Assembly (NCBI GenBank): GCA_976551045.1
Contig: CDPCPM010000479.1
Span: 124,001-188,000, forward strand
Direction of reading: 5' to 3'
DNA: 64,000 bases
Source: Glaucostegus cemiculus
Lineage: Eukaryota
The notes beneath the pieces are model-generated. The model made no database searches. It was not told where the DNA came from and worked only from the letters and a program-made list of their open reading frames with translations. Positions 49,921 through 64,000 of the stretch are shown here, one piece after another. The translations under genes and the position numbers were made by a program. Every line of letters begins with the position of its first letter. Position 1 is the stretch's first letter.

Positions 49921-52267
49921 CACCATAAATATTATTAGAGTAACTTCATAGTTTCTTTATGAAGATCGTCTGAATGGAAATAGATGCAATGTTCATGAGA
50001 TAGTTGCAAGATAGCTGTCCTGTTGATATCTTCCCTGCATGGTATCAGTTCATATAGCAGAGAAAAACAAACATTAAGGAACCTGCTGATCTTAATAACT
50101 ATGCTTTTCTTTTTCAAGTGAGGTGCATTAAAATTGCTTACGCTTTTTAAAATTAAAACAAATATGATTTGTCGAGTCTAGTGTTATAGTACATTATAAA
50201 GCAAGCTGTGTTCAGTGAAAATATAGGATACAATTTTGGACTAACAATAGAAGAAGCTATGCAATTGCAGAAATACAATAAGTTTTTGACAGGGAATCCA
50301 AGCAATTTAACTTGAGCCATATGTGTGTGAAATTAGTTTGGTTTCTTTCAGTCCAATTCTCAGTGGTAGTATATCTATAACAAATGTGATTTATTTGCCA
50401 TTCAAAGAGACTACATGGCTAGACATCGAAATGGAAAAGTCTTACTGGTGATCCAAGTTGACGCAGAAGAAATTCAAGTTTGTTGTTGTTCTAAAGCTCA
50501 TTGTATAAGAAGTACCATATTTTATTCTGTTGATTGTTTCGATACACAGTGTCTATCACCAAATTCATGTTAGCTCTGCGAATGGTGTAACAGTTGGTGA
50601 AATTAGGTAAAAGAATGCCTAATCCCTACCTGGTCGATATGCCAGAATTAATACAGTATAAGTCACTTCAAAGTGGACAATGGGGATACATTGTCTGCAC
50701 TTGCAACAATATTTTTAATTGATTTCATTTTAAGCAACTTTCCAATTGTGTACCATTAGCAAACTAATTTTTTTAATCATAAGACCTAGTGATCCAAATT
50801 AAGAATTAGCCACCAATAAACTATGCATTCAGATTTTTTGAACTAGCTTTTCCATGGCCCTCTTCTGTGTAACAATTCACTTCCATTTCCTTGCAGAAAT
50901 CTCAGATTATAATTTCCTTCAGCGCTATATCTATTATGTTGAATAAGTGCTCAGTACTTCAATACTATAGGTATCTTTGTTAAAAGCTGCTAGTGCCAAA
51001 TCCAATCCAAACTAGCAAAACATAATACAGCTATTGTTACTTTCAGGTGTAAAGATGAACAGAATCATTTTGGACTCAAATCTTGTGACATGTTTTTTTA
51101 TACCCACATTGTCCGTGCCTCAACCCAGCACCATGCTTCTTGTTTTTAGAATTTTGATACCCCATTTGGTAGTTTGGATCTGAGATTGAGCTGTTTGGCT
51201 TGAGTGTAGACACCTTGCTGACAGCTGTCCCTATAGCAGACAGCTTCATTAAACCTCATTAAGTCATCATCTTTCTGCCTTGCTTCCCACCTCCCAGCTA
51301 TAAATTTTGCCCACAGTTTTCCTTGGTGTTTCTTTTTGTCTTGTTTTTACTATATTTTCATGCCTTTTGTTTAAATTATATGTAACAAATGTAGGAACTA
51401 TATACTTCACCATTTCCCCTATATTTCCGTTAAGTCAATTTTAAGGTTCTTATTTAACATTGGGTTGAAATAGCCTCTTAAATCAGGAAACGTAAAATGT
51501 ATTTCTAACCATGCTGAAATAAGTTCAAGAATGTACTTTCCAGAAAAGAAAGATTTAACTTGGATTATGGAAACATTACTTTTATATGCTTATCTTGAAT
51601 ATTAGAAGCAATGACAAATTGATTATTCTTGGCAGTGGGCAACTCAAGGGAATGTCATGACAGAGAAGGCCTGCTCTCAAGCTACAGAATATCAGTGACC
51701 ATAAGCTGTAAGCAGAATAGCATGGATAATTGACACACACTTAAAAATGTAAGTATGTCAATATTTGCAATTATAGAACAATACAGTGAATAATGTAAAT
51801 CAACTATTTTTAAAGATATTGCAAATATTGCAGTACATAGTTCCCCTGATGATCTATGGCTTTGTCAGCTTTTCTGCCTTAAAAGTGCTGTATCTACAAA
51901 CTGACTCACTGAAAATTCTAAGAAACTTCAATTTCTGCTGAGGAAGTGGAAAGAGGGGCAGTATAGCAAGTATACGAGAGTGGGCAAAAAGGAGAGTTGT
52001 AGTTCTCATGAGAAGTGGGATTTGGACTTGCAGAGTTCTGCAGGTTGTTTTATATATTATTTCCACTTTTCATCCTCCTTAACCTGACCCAAATGAACAT
52101 CATATATACTTTTAAAAGCATAGATGATGCAGCCATTTCAACCAAGCATCAAGGAATAGATTCACTGCCTTTCACTGGGAGTGAGGAAAAAATCCAGTCA
52201 TCACTACATCCCTGACAATTACAAGTCGAGCAATTGTCTACCACCCAAATGGAGAATACTATATAAG

Positions 52268-52958
52268 AATAAAAACAGAAAATGCTGGAAGATGCTGCAA
52301 AAATACTCAACTAGTCAGACAACATCTGTAGAGACAGGAGATGATTTAATATTTTAAGTTGGTGTATGTTTTTCAAAAGTAAGCAAAGTCAAGAAACTTG
52401 CAAGTTTTCAGTTGTAGAGAAGAGGGAGAGGGTTGATGAGAACAAAAAGGAATTTCTGTGATAGGGTGAAGACCAAGAAAGACATTGATGCAAGTGGCAA
52501 TACTGTCAACTGAGAGAGGGTGACAGCTTGTTGCTTGCAAATGATCTGTCTGGAGGTGATGTAAATAGAAGATGTCCTTACTTATTTCCTTCTATTACTT
52601 TTTTTTCTTATGTCCATCTCCTTCAGACAGATCATTTGTAATTAACATCAAAAATCCGCTCAGCTCACAACACCACTATTATCCCCACATTCTCTTTGTT
52701 CTCTCCACCCCTCCCCTTTTCTGTAACTGAAAGCGTGTTTGTTTTCTAACTTAGACTGATTCCAAATGGTCATCATCATAAAATATTAAATCTGTCTCTC
52801 TCTCCATAGATGCTGCCTGACATAGAACGTAACAGCACAGGAACAGACAAGCATATTACATATCTTCTTCACCACCCTATCTACTGACCTGCTGAGTAAT
52901 TCCAGTGTTTCATCATTTTTATTTCAGACTGCCTGCATCTGCAGTCATTTGCTTTTCA
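52268..52958. mobile_element. Non-coding Penelope-derived inverted-repeat element
   Basis: Long inverted arms, e.g. catctgtagagacaggagatgatttaatatttt / aaaatattaaatctgtctctctctccatagatg and gagggttgatgagaacaaaaagg / ctctttgttctctccacccctc. pLTR tail at the right end. Confidence 0.7.
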
Positions 52959-54324
52959 ATTATCATCAATAATTACTATCAAAGAGAGCAACGAAATTAT
53001 GATTTGTTTAAATCAAGATGTTATGGTGAAATCTGCCCAATGAATTGGAATTCTTTTGATCACTCATGTGTTAGAACATTCTTCTGCAACTCCACACTGG
53101 ATAGACAATATTATGGCTATTTTGTGCTTGTCTACCTTGTGTAGATAGTGAATTTGTTACTATTTTCATAAGACAGCATTGAACATAGTTCTGTTAAATC
53201 TCCAAGTGAACAAATATATGAATTTGAGGGATATAGCCAACAAGTAAATAAAGGTGATGCCTTATTTGCACCAGGCCAATTCCACTTATTTGAAAATACT
53301 TTGCATCACCTTTTGCTGATACCCAGGTTGTGCTAGACAGGGTCAAATTATTGGTCAAAATCTTACTTATTAATGTAAATACAAGTCATAGTCCAATAGC
53401 AATGCCATTAGCAACATTCTAGTAATAGGCTTCTAACTTTGGACTTAAACTGCAGAATGAAGAGTAGAAAGGGGGAAACAAAGAAGAAAAATCTATTTCA
53501 AATTGGGCATGATAACTTTACAAATTTTCAGTTGTATTTATTAAAATAGGCTTGTCTCCACAACACTTAGTAAATGTTTACTTTAGACATCAACTTCTTA
53601 AAAGATTTGGAATTGGATAGAAAGTTGCCTAACTTCATAATTGAAAAAAAGATCAAAATCTGTAAAAAGTTTTTGGATGTAATGGCAATTCTAGATTTAG
53701 AAGCCAGAAGTTCCACTAAAAAGTGCATAGTTTGTCTCTTCACGTAGAAGCAGATAAACTCAATTGTGTCAGATATCCTCAATGAGTTATATTCATTAAA
53801 TTAGTAACACAATCTTATTTTGATTTTCTTTTGGAAAACATTGCTACTTTGCAAATGTGCTGAACTTATTGAGATGTACTGTGAGAACTTTGATTCTACA
53901 TCTATTATTAGAGGGATCAGACACAGAATTTCTACAAGTGGTAATAAATTAGGAACACGGAAATGGATAGTTATGGTCTCTGCAAGATAATGGAAAAATC
54001 ATAAATGTGCCAATGATCTGAATTTCTATCCATTTTGCAGGCTAGTTCAGTTTCTTATTATTATTTGGAGTCAAAAAAACATGAGAAATTACTGAACATT
54101 TTTCAGAGGGATTTGAAGGAACATGGAAAGACACAAGTATTAGAGAGACAGTGACCATCTTATTGGACAGCATGAACTTGACATCTTCATGTCACACATC
54201 ATTCTGCAGCTTAGATCACAAGTAAAAGCCTATTACTAGGTTGTTGCCAGTGCTTTGAAGCAGATAGTGACAGTTGTAAAGGTAAACGGGGGTTTGTGTC
54301 AAGTTGCTTAGAAAATAATAAGAA

Positions 54325-55340
54325 GAATAAGCAGACTCAGCATGGACTTATGAAAGGGAAATTTGAGTTTGAGTAATGTACTAGATTTTATTGAGGATGT
54401 ACCTATTAAAGTAGATGAGTAGACCAGTGAATGCAGTGTCTTGGGATTTTCAGAAGTCCTTCACACAGGTTCCATAGAGAAAATGGGTGAATAAATTTAG
54501 AGCATATGCAACTGGGCTAATATACCAGCATAGATTAAGAGCTGGTGAACAGATAGAAAACAAAGAACAGGAATAAACAGGTCCTTTTCATGTTCACCTT
54601 GGGGTACCACAAGGATTGATGCTTCAGCCCCATCAATAATAATGATTTGGCTGAGAAGAACAAATATAACATTTCTAAGTTTGCTGATGATAGAAGCTAA
54701 GTGGGAGTGCGAGTAGTACAAGTATATCAGGTAATTAGGAACGCGAATGGTACGTTGGACTTAATTGCAAGAGCACATGAGTACAAGAGTAAAGAAGTCT
54801 TAATAAAATATTATATGGACTTGGTGAGACCACCCCAGGAGAATTGTGTATAATTTTGGACTCATGACTTGAAAAGGGATATACTTGTATAGAGGGAATG
54901 CAATGTAGATTCACCTGACTGTTTCCTGGGTTAGAGTAAGTCATTCATATAAGATAGACCTCTATTCGCAGGAGTTTAGAAGAATGAGGTGATCCCATTG
55001 AAGGAAGAGAATCCATTGTGGGTTTGATAGGGCAGATGCAGGTAGGATATTTCTCCTAACCAAGGAGTCCACAATTAGGAGGCAAAATCTCAAAATAAGA
55101 AGTAGTCTATTTAGGTCAGAAAAAGGAGAAATTTTTTCATTCATTTGGCATTGTATTTCTGGAATTCTCTGCCCAAAGGGCTCAAAAGACCCAGTCACTG
55201 ATTGCATCCAAAACAAAGACTGATAGGTTCCTGGATATTACAGAAATCAAGGAACATGGGGATAGAAGAAGAAGAGCAGCCATGGTTTGGTTGAATAGAG
55301 GAGCAGGCTCAAGGGGCCAAAATGGCCTATTCCAATTCTT
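54325..55340 (+). mobile_element. Degraded CR1 LINE
   Basis: cagcatggactttatgaaaggga (QHGF..G), gattttcagaagtccttc (DFQK.F), ggggtaccacaagga (GVPQG) and aagtttgctgatgat (KFADD), followed by a CR1 tail. Confidence 0.8.
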
Positions 55341-58229
55341 ACTTTTTACATCCTTATGCACCTTTTGTTAGGTTGTCATGAAAATAATCTGTAATGAATG
55401 TGCTCACTTTTTCAGACCGAAAAATCATAAATCCAGGGCTTTTTAATTATCGTTAAGAATTCATGTACATTTTCAGAAAATAAGTGGAATCTTTCTCCAT
55501 AAGACAATAGGCTGACTTAAATTTTCAAGTCTAAATACGACTGATTTGCCCAGAAAGTGGACCATTCTTCCTATTTTACGCAGAAAATATGCATAAAAAT
55601 ATTTTGCACATATTTTAACAGAATTGCACACATATCCTGTCGGCCCTGTCTATCAAGAAGATGCAGGGGAAGGTAGGGGAGCATGTAGTCAGACAGAATG
55701 ACGACACGCACAGTTGCTGTTGCTGCCAGGGAGGGTGTACTTCAACACTCCAATCCCTAGCAACAATGATATGGCAGCTGTGATTTCTGTGGGCAACTGA
55801 CATAAGAGTTGTGTAGGTAGTGTTTTAGTGCACCGAGACAGAGGTAAAGTACTAACTATTTTAGGATGCCAAAACCCTAACTACTTTAGCATGCCTAGTT
55901 TAGGGTGCTATTAATGGTTGAAATCCAAGTTTTGAGGCAATAGATTTTTGCTAGAAAAGGGTGTTGGGAATGTGGAGGATGGAAAATGTACTGACCTTAG
56001 GTGGATATCACCCATAATCTAACAGAATAGTGGGACAGTTTCAATGGGCTGAATAGCCAATTCCTATTATCATATAAACTGACAACGTCAGGAAATGCAG
56101 AGATTCACTATATATTAGAATGAAGTGTAATACTGTCCAATTATAACTTAATCTGTGTAGAGTTACGTGAATATCTTGGGAAAATGCTCTCAGTTCAAAT
56201 CATCATGAACCAAAATAAATGCTGTCTCTATGGAGATTTCATAAAACCTTTGTTTATTTATTGAAGTTATAGCAGTGTGCGTGGTGTTTGTTTTAAAAGA
56301 TATTCTTGGTCTCTTCTGTTAAAGAAAATTCAATATTTTGTCCTCAAAATAGTTTGCCATGAATGTCCAATAAAAGTAAAATGAATTGACATTTAGGTGA
56401 GCCATGCTAAACTATTCAGTTCCTCTGTTTCACCTCTATTTCTCCTCTTTGGATCAAGTATATAATTGTCACGATTTGTTCAGGATTTTCCAGCTGCTTC
56501 ATTTACATTCTTTCAAGTTGTAGTTACTGTATTCAGCTGTGATGATTTAGTGTGAAAAATGTTAATTCCATAACCATTTGCACAAAGAATAGAAATATCA
56601 TAACTGACTAATAATTTGACCATGTCTAACACATAACCTACAACTCAGGAAAAGGCGATGTAAAGTATTTTCAAGCAATGGAATTGGCTTAGTTTAAACA
56701 GGGTTTTACCTTTATTTATTTGTTGACTAAATCTCTATATACCAGTTTCTTCTTTTCTCCTCTTCTGAGTCACAAATTTATTCCTGTCTACAAGTCTTTC
56801 TTATTCCTCTTCCTCAGAGTATCATATACAAAGCCTAGTTTTGATTAGAAGCTTTCCTGGAAGCTGGTTCATAAAGCTTTTTCTGCAAGGCACTTTGTAT
56901 AATGTGCAGCTTTGTGCATGTTCTCAGGGCTGACGCATGGCATTGAGCAGCTGCCTGTGATCAATCCAACAATTTGCAGAGATCATTACCAAAATGTTCA
57001 AATTGTTAAGCAGTCTTATTGTCTAAAATTATTACAAAAAAAAATGTTAATTTCATACAAATGAATTTTGTTCAGGTGATATAATTGTCTTTTATTGTTT
57101 CCTATCTTCCTGGAGCTTTTTTGCTTATCCATAATGGTTCGAAATTCCCAATGTCATATTTTTCTCTTTTATCTTAACTGTATTTTGTTCATGCTATCTC
57201 ACTTCCTTCCTGTCTCCTTTTTTTTGTTTTCCTTTCACTCTCACAACCAGTTTCCTGTTCTCTGCATTGACCTCCACTGCCAGTTTTCATTATACCCTCT
57301 TGTACAGTTAAGCTGCCCATCATGCAGTTATTATTTCTGTTGATTTACTGTGCTGCCTGATGAAGTGATTGCAGTGACAAGGCCTGATTTCCCCTGGTGA
57401 CGGCTTTAAACCAGTCTCTCATTTGCATTTACATGATCTTGCTGTGCTGCTTATGAGATCTGGATATTTATTTTCCACTTAGCTGATGTTTGATTACACT
57501 TCAATAATGCACCGCGCTACAAACTGCCGAGATGCATCTCATCCAAGCGACTGGGCTCTGCGCAGGGACTTGAACACTCCCTCATATTTGGGATGATGAA
57601 AAGAGAAGCTTCACGAAAAATAAAATGTTTCTTGAATCAAAACCTGAAACGTGCAGCAGAAATTTTAACTCTTTGTCTCCTAAATTACCCAGATATTTGG
57701 CAGAATGTGAATGTTTGTGGCCATTGTCCACTAATTATAGAAATGATATGCAAAGCTTATTTAAAGTCTTTTAAAAAATGCATTAAAATGGCAATGCCAA
57801 GTACCCACAATGGCTTGCTGGGTAAATGTGCCAATACATGCCAATAATACCTTTGTTTTATCTTTGATCTCAGTTTGCTTGCATATCCATTGTGGCAATA
57901 AGCAACTATATGATTAGTTTTACCAGCCAGGCTAGAAAAGGGGAAATCTACTAATCCAAGACGCTACCAAGAAAAAGCAACTAATTAAAATGTTCCAGTT
58001 TTTGAACAATAGGTCCACATTTTGCTTAACTTAATTTCAAACTATTTTCAAAAATGCCAGGTTTTTAGACACTTGAGTTTGGAAGTTCGATCTGAACCTT
58101 ATGTTATGGAAGAATAGGCCTAAAGCAAAATGGGGGTGGTGGTGGTGGTGGGGTTTGGGGAGGGGTAATTATGTTTTGTAAAGGACGAGATCAGTAAAGA
58201 AACGAGGAATAATTTTAGGTCAGAATTCA

Positions 58230-58985
58230 AGATCTATAATTAGTTTGGGTGGAGATTAAGGGAAAGAAATCATGGTGGGAGTAGTCTATACTTAAGGATG
58301 GAGTATAAGTCAAGAAGTAAGGAGGACCTGAAGAGAAATATTATAATTTTCATGAATATGTTTAATCTACATTGATTGGACAAATGGCATTGGCAAGAGT
58401 AGCCTTGAGTATGAGTTCAGAGTGGATTTGGGGCATTTCTTAGAATAATACAGCAGAATCAACACAGGGAATGGGCTATTTTGGATCTGGAAGTGTGTAA
58501 TGAAACAAGATTAATTAATTATCTCATTGTAAAGGAACCTCTGGGGAAGAATGATCATACATGATAGAATTTCATGTTCAGTTTGAGAGTGAGAAACTTG
58601 GATCTGAAATTAGTGCCTTAAACTTAATTAAAAGGCAATTTCAAAAAAGGCTTGAAGGCAGAGCTAACTAAAATGATCTGGGAGAAAAGATTCAAATGTA
58701 AGGTAATAGATAAGCAATGGCAGGCATTTAAGGAGATATTTCATAATTCTCAACAAACATTGTCCATTGTCAAATAATGACACTACATGAAGGACAATAT
58801 ATTATCCATGATTGACTTAGGATATCAAGGATGGCATTAAATTTAGACATCAGGAAAATTTTAGAAATGAGAAAAGGATGATTAAAAACAGAGAGATCTT
58901 AAATTGAGTTAGTTAACAAAAAATATACAGATATTAAGAGCTTCTACAAGTATGTAAAAAAGTAGCTAAGGTAGACATTGGTATT
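58230..58985 (+). mobile_element. Degraded CR1 ORF2 endonuclease/linker fragment
   Basis: ttttggatctgg...tgtaatgaa (LDL...NE), gaacctctggggaagaatgatcat (EPLG.SDH) and aagagcttctacaagtatgt (KSFYKY). Confidence 0.65.
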
Positions 58986-60329
58986 TCAAAGGCTTGCATT
59001 TCATTTTCCCTAGCCACAGACCAACAAACTTAGAGAGTCTGCAAGAATTGGAGAATTCCCCATGGTGCAGGGTGCCACTGGGTATACTTGTGTCATTTTG
59101 CAAAGACTACCTGTCAATTCTGTCCTAAAGTGGAATCGAGCAGGATTACACACCTTCACCATCCAGTTGCTGCCTGTGTGCCATACTTCATTTTCTTTCT
59201 GGACAGTTTTCTTTTAAGTGGACAATGCATTTGAATTCTTTAAACAAAATTAATCTAATTATTATTACATGTTTCTATTGCTGTTTCAATGAATAGTGCA
59301 GATAGATGCCCAGTTTATAGCTGCACTTTTTTTCCTGTAGTGGTCTATTCAGCCAGTTAACCTTGAGGCATTGTAGCAAAGCAATAGGTGTCAAGGCCGA
59401 TAGCTCTGGTACGCAGGTGATGCAGGTGTGGCAGTATGCAAATGATAGAAGCCATGCTGCCTACGAAAGGTAAAAGAGCAGACTACTGGTATGTGAAACA
59501 AAGCTTCCACTGCCACTATTGCTCTGGAGGGGCACTGTGATAATCAGCAGAGTAGGTATCAAGAGTCATGTTGGTCTGCCAGGTGTTCTGCAACATCACT
59601 GTCAATCGGGCACGGCCCTTGTCACCAACTATTCAGGAAGCAAATGAAGAGCTGGAAAAGGGCAAGAAAGGGGAAGAGAAGAAATGGCTTCAGTATCCAC
59701 CTTCCTGCCTGGCCGTCTGTAAAGGCCTCATCTGAATACAATTCCAGTAACTAAAAACCTTACTCCCCAATAGTTCCACTCTTTATTTCATAACTGATTC
59801 ACAGAATCTGCTGGATTACAATGCAAAATTAAAAACTGCACAAAATAAACATTCCAAACAGAACTTCATATGAAATAATGCCATTGCCCAGCTGAACACT
59901 GGTACATTTCATAAGTCCCTGTTGTCCATGTGCTTTTGCTTGCCCTAGCATTCCAATGCAGTTGTTGCTGTTTCTGTAGTTACAACATAGCTGATCTTCA
60001 GTTAAGGAAATTCCACATAGTCTTGGAAATTTGGCTGTCTTACAGAAAACCCACAGGGGCACCAGGAGTTTCAGAGGAGTGGGCAGACAAATTCTCCGTC
60101 CCCAGTGAGGAAAGCAGGCTTTTTTTTCCATGAACCTACTGCCCCCAGGGCAGAGCCTCAGTGACCCTGGTACTGACTAGTTGTTAAATCCTGCAAGCCA
60201 CTTTGGCCCCCTCATCCACAGCCATAATGGCAACAGTCCTAAACTTCCACTGCAGAATTTTTCTGCTTGTGGGTGCCTCTTGCTCTCTTATGAAAGTTGT
60301 AATATTGGCACAGGATTCATGTGTGACCT

Positions 60330-60514
60330 CAATCTGCATCACGGTCTTGATGCTTGACACGAACATCCACAACTATCAACTACCCCTGCCTTCAGAGATT
60401 GAGTTTTAAAGCCCTCTTGCCCCCTGCAGATTTAGGATAATTCGCCTACTTTTAACCTCCTCCAGCAAGGCCTCCAGTGTATTGCCTGAAAGCTTTTCAC
60501 CTGAGTTGTGCCAT
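60330..60514 (-). pseudogene. Decayed PIF/Harbinger-type Myb/SANT-like (NAIF1-related) ORF
   Basis: Minus strand reads MAQLR*...LSGNTLEALLEEVKSRRIILNLQGARGL, then after a frameshift RQG*LIVVDV...KTVMQ. This resembles FS..ELE.L..EV..R...L......W..I...V....RT..QC. Contains stops and frameshifts. Confidence 0.5.
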
Positions 60515-63296
60515 TTTTCAGTTTTCCAGCTTGGCTTCATTTAAGCCAGCACTTGCACCTTCTCTTTAAGAAGTGCAACTTAGCCTAAGAGATAGTGGCT
60601 GTTTTTAACTGGGGCTAACCATTCATGATATTGACCCCTGCTAAGGTGTCCAGTGAATGAACAGTGTGGTTAGTGGTAGGTAGGAGCCACAATCATGAGC
60701 ATGCAAGCCAGCACAATATTCGCTTGTTGCCTGCATTACACCAAGTGGTTATAGATTAATTGTGTGTTGCATTTTCTGTTCCAATTTTTGAAGACTGTGG
60801 AATTTAGTTACCCCTCTAAGTAGACTCATTACTTCAAATAGAAAAGCAAGGTATGAAGGGGAAAATATGCCTAACCATTTGTTAAATAGAATTCAATTAT
60901 AAAAGAATTTAGCTGGATTGGGCTTGATTCAACCCTTCAGCTACTTTCATATCTTCCTCCCACCCACACGATTTTCATGCAGGCACACATACAGACTCAG
61001 CCTGCGGAGCCAATCAAGCTGGAGGCCTTGATGCTCAGCCATCCTGACCATGAACTGTGACTAGGCCTCAGGTGGCAGATTCTGAGGCACTGCTCATGGA
61101 AAAAATTGATGGCATTTTGACAGCTTACTGCTGTCATAGAACCTTGAACTTAAGAAGTTCAAATAGATTTAAATTATTACAATTATGTAATACTTTAAGA
61201 ATTTAATCTAAGAATCTAACTGCATCTTTCATAATATTACTGGCATTTACTCATTATTCTCAACTATAGATAACCAATTTTATTTATCTGCTCAGTAAGA
61301 ATGTTTCTATGTATCTCCATAACTTCTTGCTAAACAATTTTGTCTTATTCAAAATCAAACTGAGTATATTCTAATTAAGACTTTATGAATATTATGAACA
61401 GTAGTAATTGCTGAACAAATACTCCATTGAATCTTGCTGTCACAGCTATCGATTTAGTATATATATTTTAATTTTCCATTATTCAGCCAAATTACCATCT
61501 GATTTACAACAGCCTCTCGTATTCCACAACACTCTAAGCCTCTTGACTGAAACCTTTTGCAAGTTTTCTTGCTAGTCATTGTCTTCAACCACATACCATT
61601 TATTACATTCATTCATATTCTAATCAATTTATTTAAGATGCATTTACCTGAATCAATGTTTCCTTCTATTGAATCCAAAATGATACCTTTGTATTTTATT
61701 GCTCTGGCTCTCAAGATAATATTTTCTTAATTTATATGATCATTCTTTAAACACCTTTTTAACCATTATTGTAATCTTGATTCCCTAACCATAAGGAACC
61801 ACCTGTCTCGCCTTATTGAACATGCAGCAAACAAATGATGCTGTTGCAGATCTCAGTTCTGAGGTGAGTTTGTGTAGATTTAGACTGTTGATAGAATTCT
61901 TTGAAAAAACATTTTCTAATTATTTAGTGGGTAAATACAATACCCAAAACAATTCTGAATCATGCAGAGCAAAAGAGGCTTCAGGAATCACTGCTCATGG
62001 GTTAAATATGTCAGGGTAATCACTCATGTCCAACAATTGTTCTTAGAACTCTGAGCCAGAAGGAAAAAAGAGAATCAGACATGTTTCTGACTCCTGATCT
62101 TTGTTCACTGATAACTTCCATAAAATGTGTAAGCAAATATTTTTATGATATTACCTATGAAAGAATAAGTTGTTGATACTTGTTGTTAGATCCACACTAA
62201 GGACAGTCACTTGATTGAGTTAATGAATGGACGTTGATGTCTGTGGAGCTGTCCCAGCTTAAGTTAACACTGATCTGCTCTCCTGTTACCCAGCCTAACT
62301 TGTTCACTTTCAGGAGATCAGAATACAGAGACAGTATGGTACATTTCTATACTCAAGGCAGGTACTGAGTTCCTAGGTTTTGAACAGTACATTAAGTAGA
62401 CTTTGGGGGCATCTCCACATGAAGAGGGGAAACAAAAATCTAAGACTGGCCCCCTAAACCAGTTCTTATACTATCTCAGCACAGGTTCAGTGTACAACAT
62501 TGATGGGGGCATGGGATTATACACCCTAGTCAATTCCTTAGTTACAAATAGAACTTGAGATGGAAGGACTCACAAAGGTGAAAAAATTACATTTCCAAAG
62601 TAATATCATAAAAATAAAATTTCCAATGAATACAGGCTTACGTTATAGCATGTAGGCATCAAAAAATCATATTCACAAAATGTTGATATAAAAGCTTTCT
62701 TAAAATAAATAAAACAATAAACAAAATATTATAGTTACTGAAATGTAATGTTGGTTTAATATCTTTTGCTTTCAAATAATTAGTCGTTGAAGCAGTTAGT
62801 TAATTTGTAACCCACACGCCTCCAGTTCTCTCTCGAGTTGAGAATGCACACCTCAGTTATTTTAACACTTCAGCTGTTTATTTAAGCACTAACCTGCATT
62901 ATGAACCAATAATCCACAAGAGTCTGAAATAATTTATGGAGTGTTTAATTTATAGAGCAAGGGTAATTGCAAGCACACTACATGCTCTGCTAATTATTTG
63001 GCATCAACAACTTGGGGGGAAATTCCCCCTGTTTCCTTTGTCCAAGATGTAACCTATTATCACCTCAGAGGGTCTATTTTTAAAGCAGTGACACATAGCT
63101 TGAGGTTGAGCTTTACTACCATTGATTTATTTGGAGCACCACATCCTCCAGTTAATAATCTCATCTTAAATATTAACCAGTTCCCCTGCAACAATTACAA
63201 TGCCATGAATTTATGTAGAGTTCTTCACAGGGGGATCAATTCTCTTAAAAAAAAGTTTGGAGGCAAAAAGATGTATTAGGAAGGGTGACTAAGGTT

Positions 63297-63735
63297 GCAC
63301 AACAGCCTGGTATGGAGGCTCCAATATACAGGATCCCAAGAGACTGCAGAGGGTTGTAGACTCAGCCAGCTCCATCATGGGCACAACCCTCCCTACCATT
63401 GAGGACATCTTCAAAAGCCAGTGCTTCAAGACGGCATCATCCATCACTAAGGACCCACACCATCGGGTACATGCCTTCTTCTCGTTACTACCCTCAGGGA
63501 GGAGGTACAGGAGCCTGAAGACCCACAATCAATGATTCAGGAACAGCTTCTTCCCCTCCGCCATCAGATTTCTGAACAGTCCATGAACCCATGAAGTCTA
63601 TTTCATTATTCCGTATCTTTGCACTATTTATTTATTTTGTAATTTATAGTAATTTTACGTCTTTGCACCGTACTGCTGCGCAGAACAACAAATTTCATGA
63701 CATATAAGTCAGTGATAATAAATCTGATTCTGGTT
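63297..63735 (+). mobile_element. Rex1/Babar-like LINE 3' fragment
   Basis: CTTAWYGGSNIQDPKRLQRVVDSASSIMGTTLPTIEDIFKSQCFKTASSITKDPHHRVHAFFSLLPSGRRYRSLKT...FRNSFFPSAIRFLN, then aataaa and a tctgattctg tail. Confidence 0.88.
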
Positions 63736-64000
63736 CTAAAAGCTGCATCCTGTCTGGGTTTTAATTTGGATCTTACAGCGAGATGGAGGAAGGTAGGAAC
63801 AAAATCACAGAATGCAGTCAATGCATTTAAAGGCATAGAAAATAATGGTGAGGCAAAGGGAGATGCTGTTCAGGAAAGGAGAATCCAATGACTGTTTAAG
63901 CAATGGCACCAATTAAATTCACGCTTTAATCATTTAGGAAATACACAGACTTTTTATCCATATTTATAGTGCTTTAGAACTGAAACCATTTCCCACGTTC

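Noticed and set aside
1-64000. CRISPR arrays, operons or prokaryotic systems
   Set aside because: The sequence is eukaryotic intronic DNA, with no regularly spaced repeats or dense ORFs.

Overview
AT-rich, repeat-dense vertebrate genomic DNA. The repeat complement (V-SINE/HE1-like and Deu-domain SINEs, CR1, L2, Rex1/Babar, Penelope) points to a cartilaginous fish. The window appears to lie inside the minus-strand gene CFAP77 (C9orf171). Two consecutive, phase-compatible coding exons are visible (45317-45218 and 42509-42290); the first and last exons were not found and are probably outside the window. The rest is intronic: decayed LINEs and SINEs, two 407-bp solo LTRs with 5-bp TSDs, a Tigger-like MITE, Harbinger Myb/SANT remnants and many Penelope-derived hairpin insertions carrying hammerhead-ribozyme-like cores. 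There are also several repeat-free, motif-rich blocks that look like conserved enhancers (in human CFAP77 neighbours BARHL1). The most unusual structure is an 891-bp element at 10948-11838. It reads as a solo LTR capped by an inverted copy of its own first 180 bp, giving a TIR-like unit with a 4-bp TSD. Most short ORFs in the track are spurious or TE-derived. All coordinates were read by eye, and family calls are from motif recognition, not database searches.
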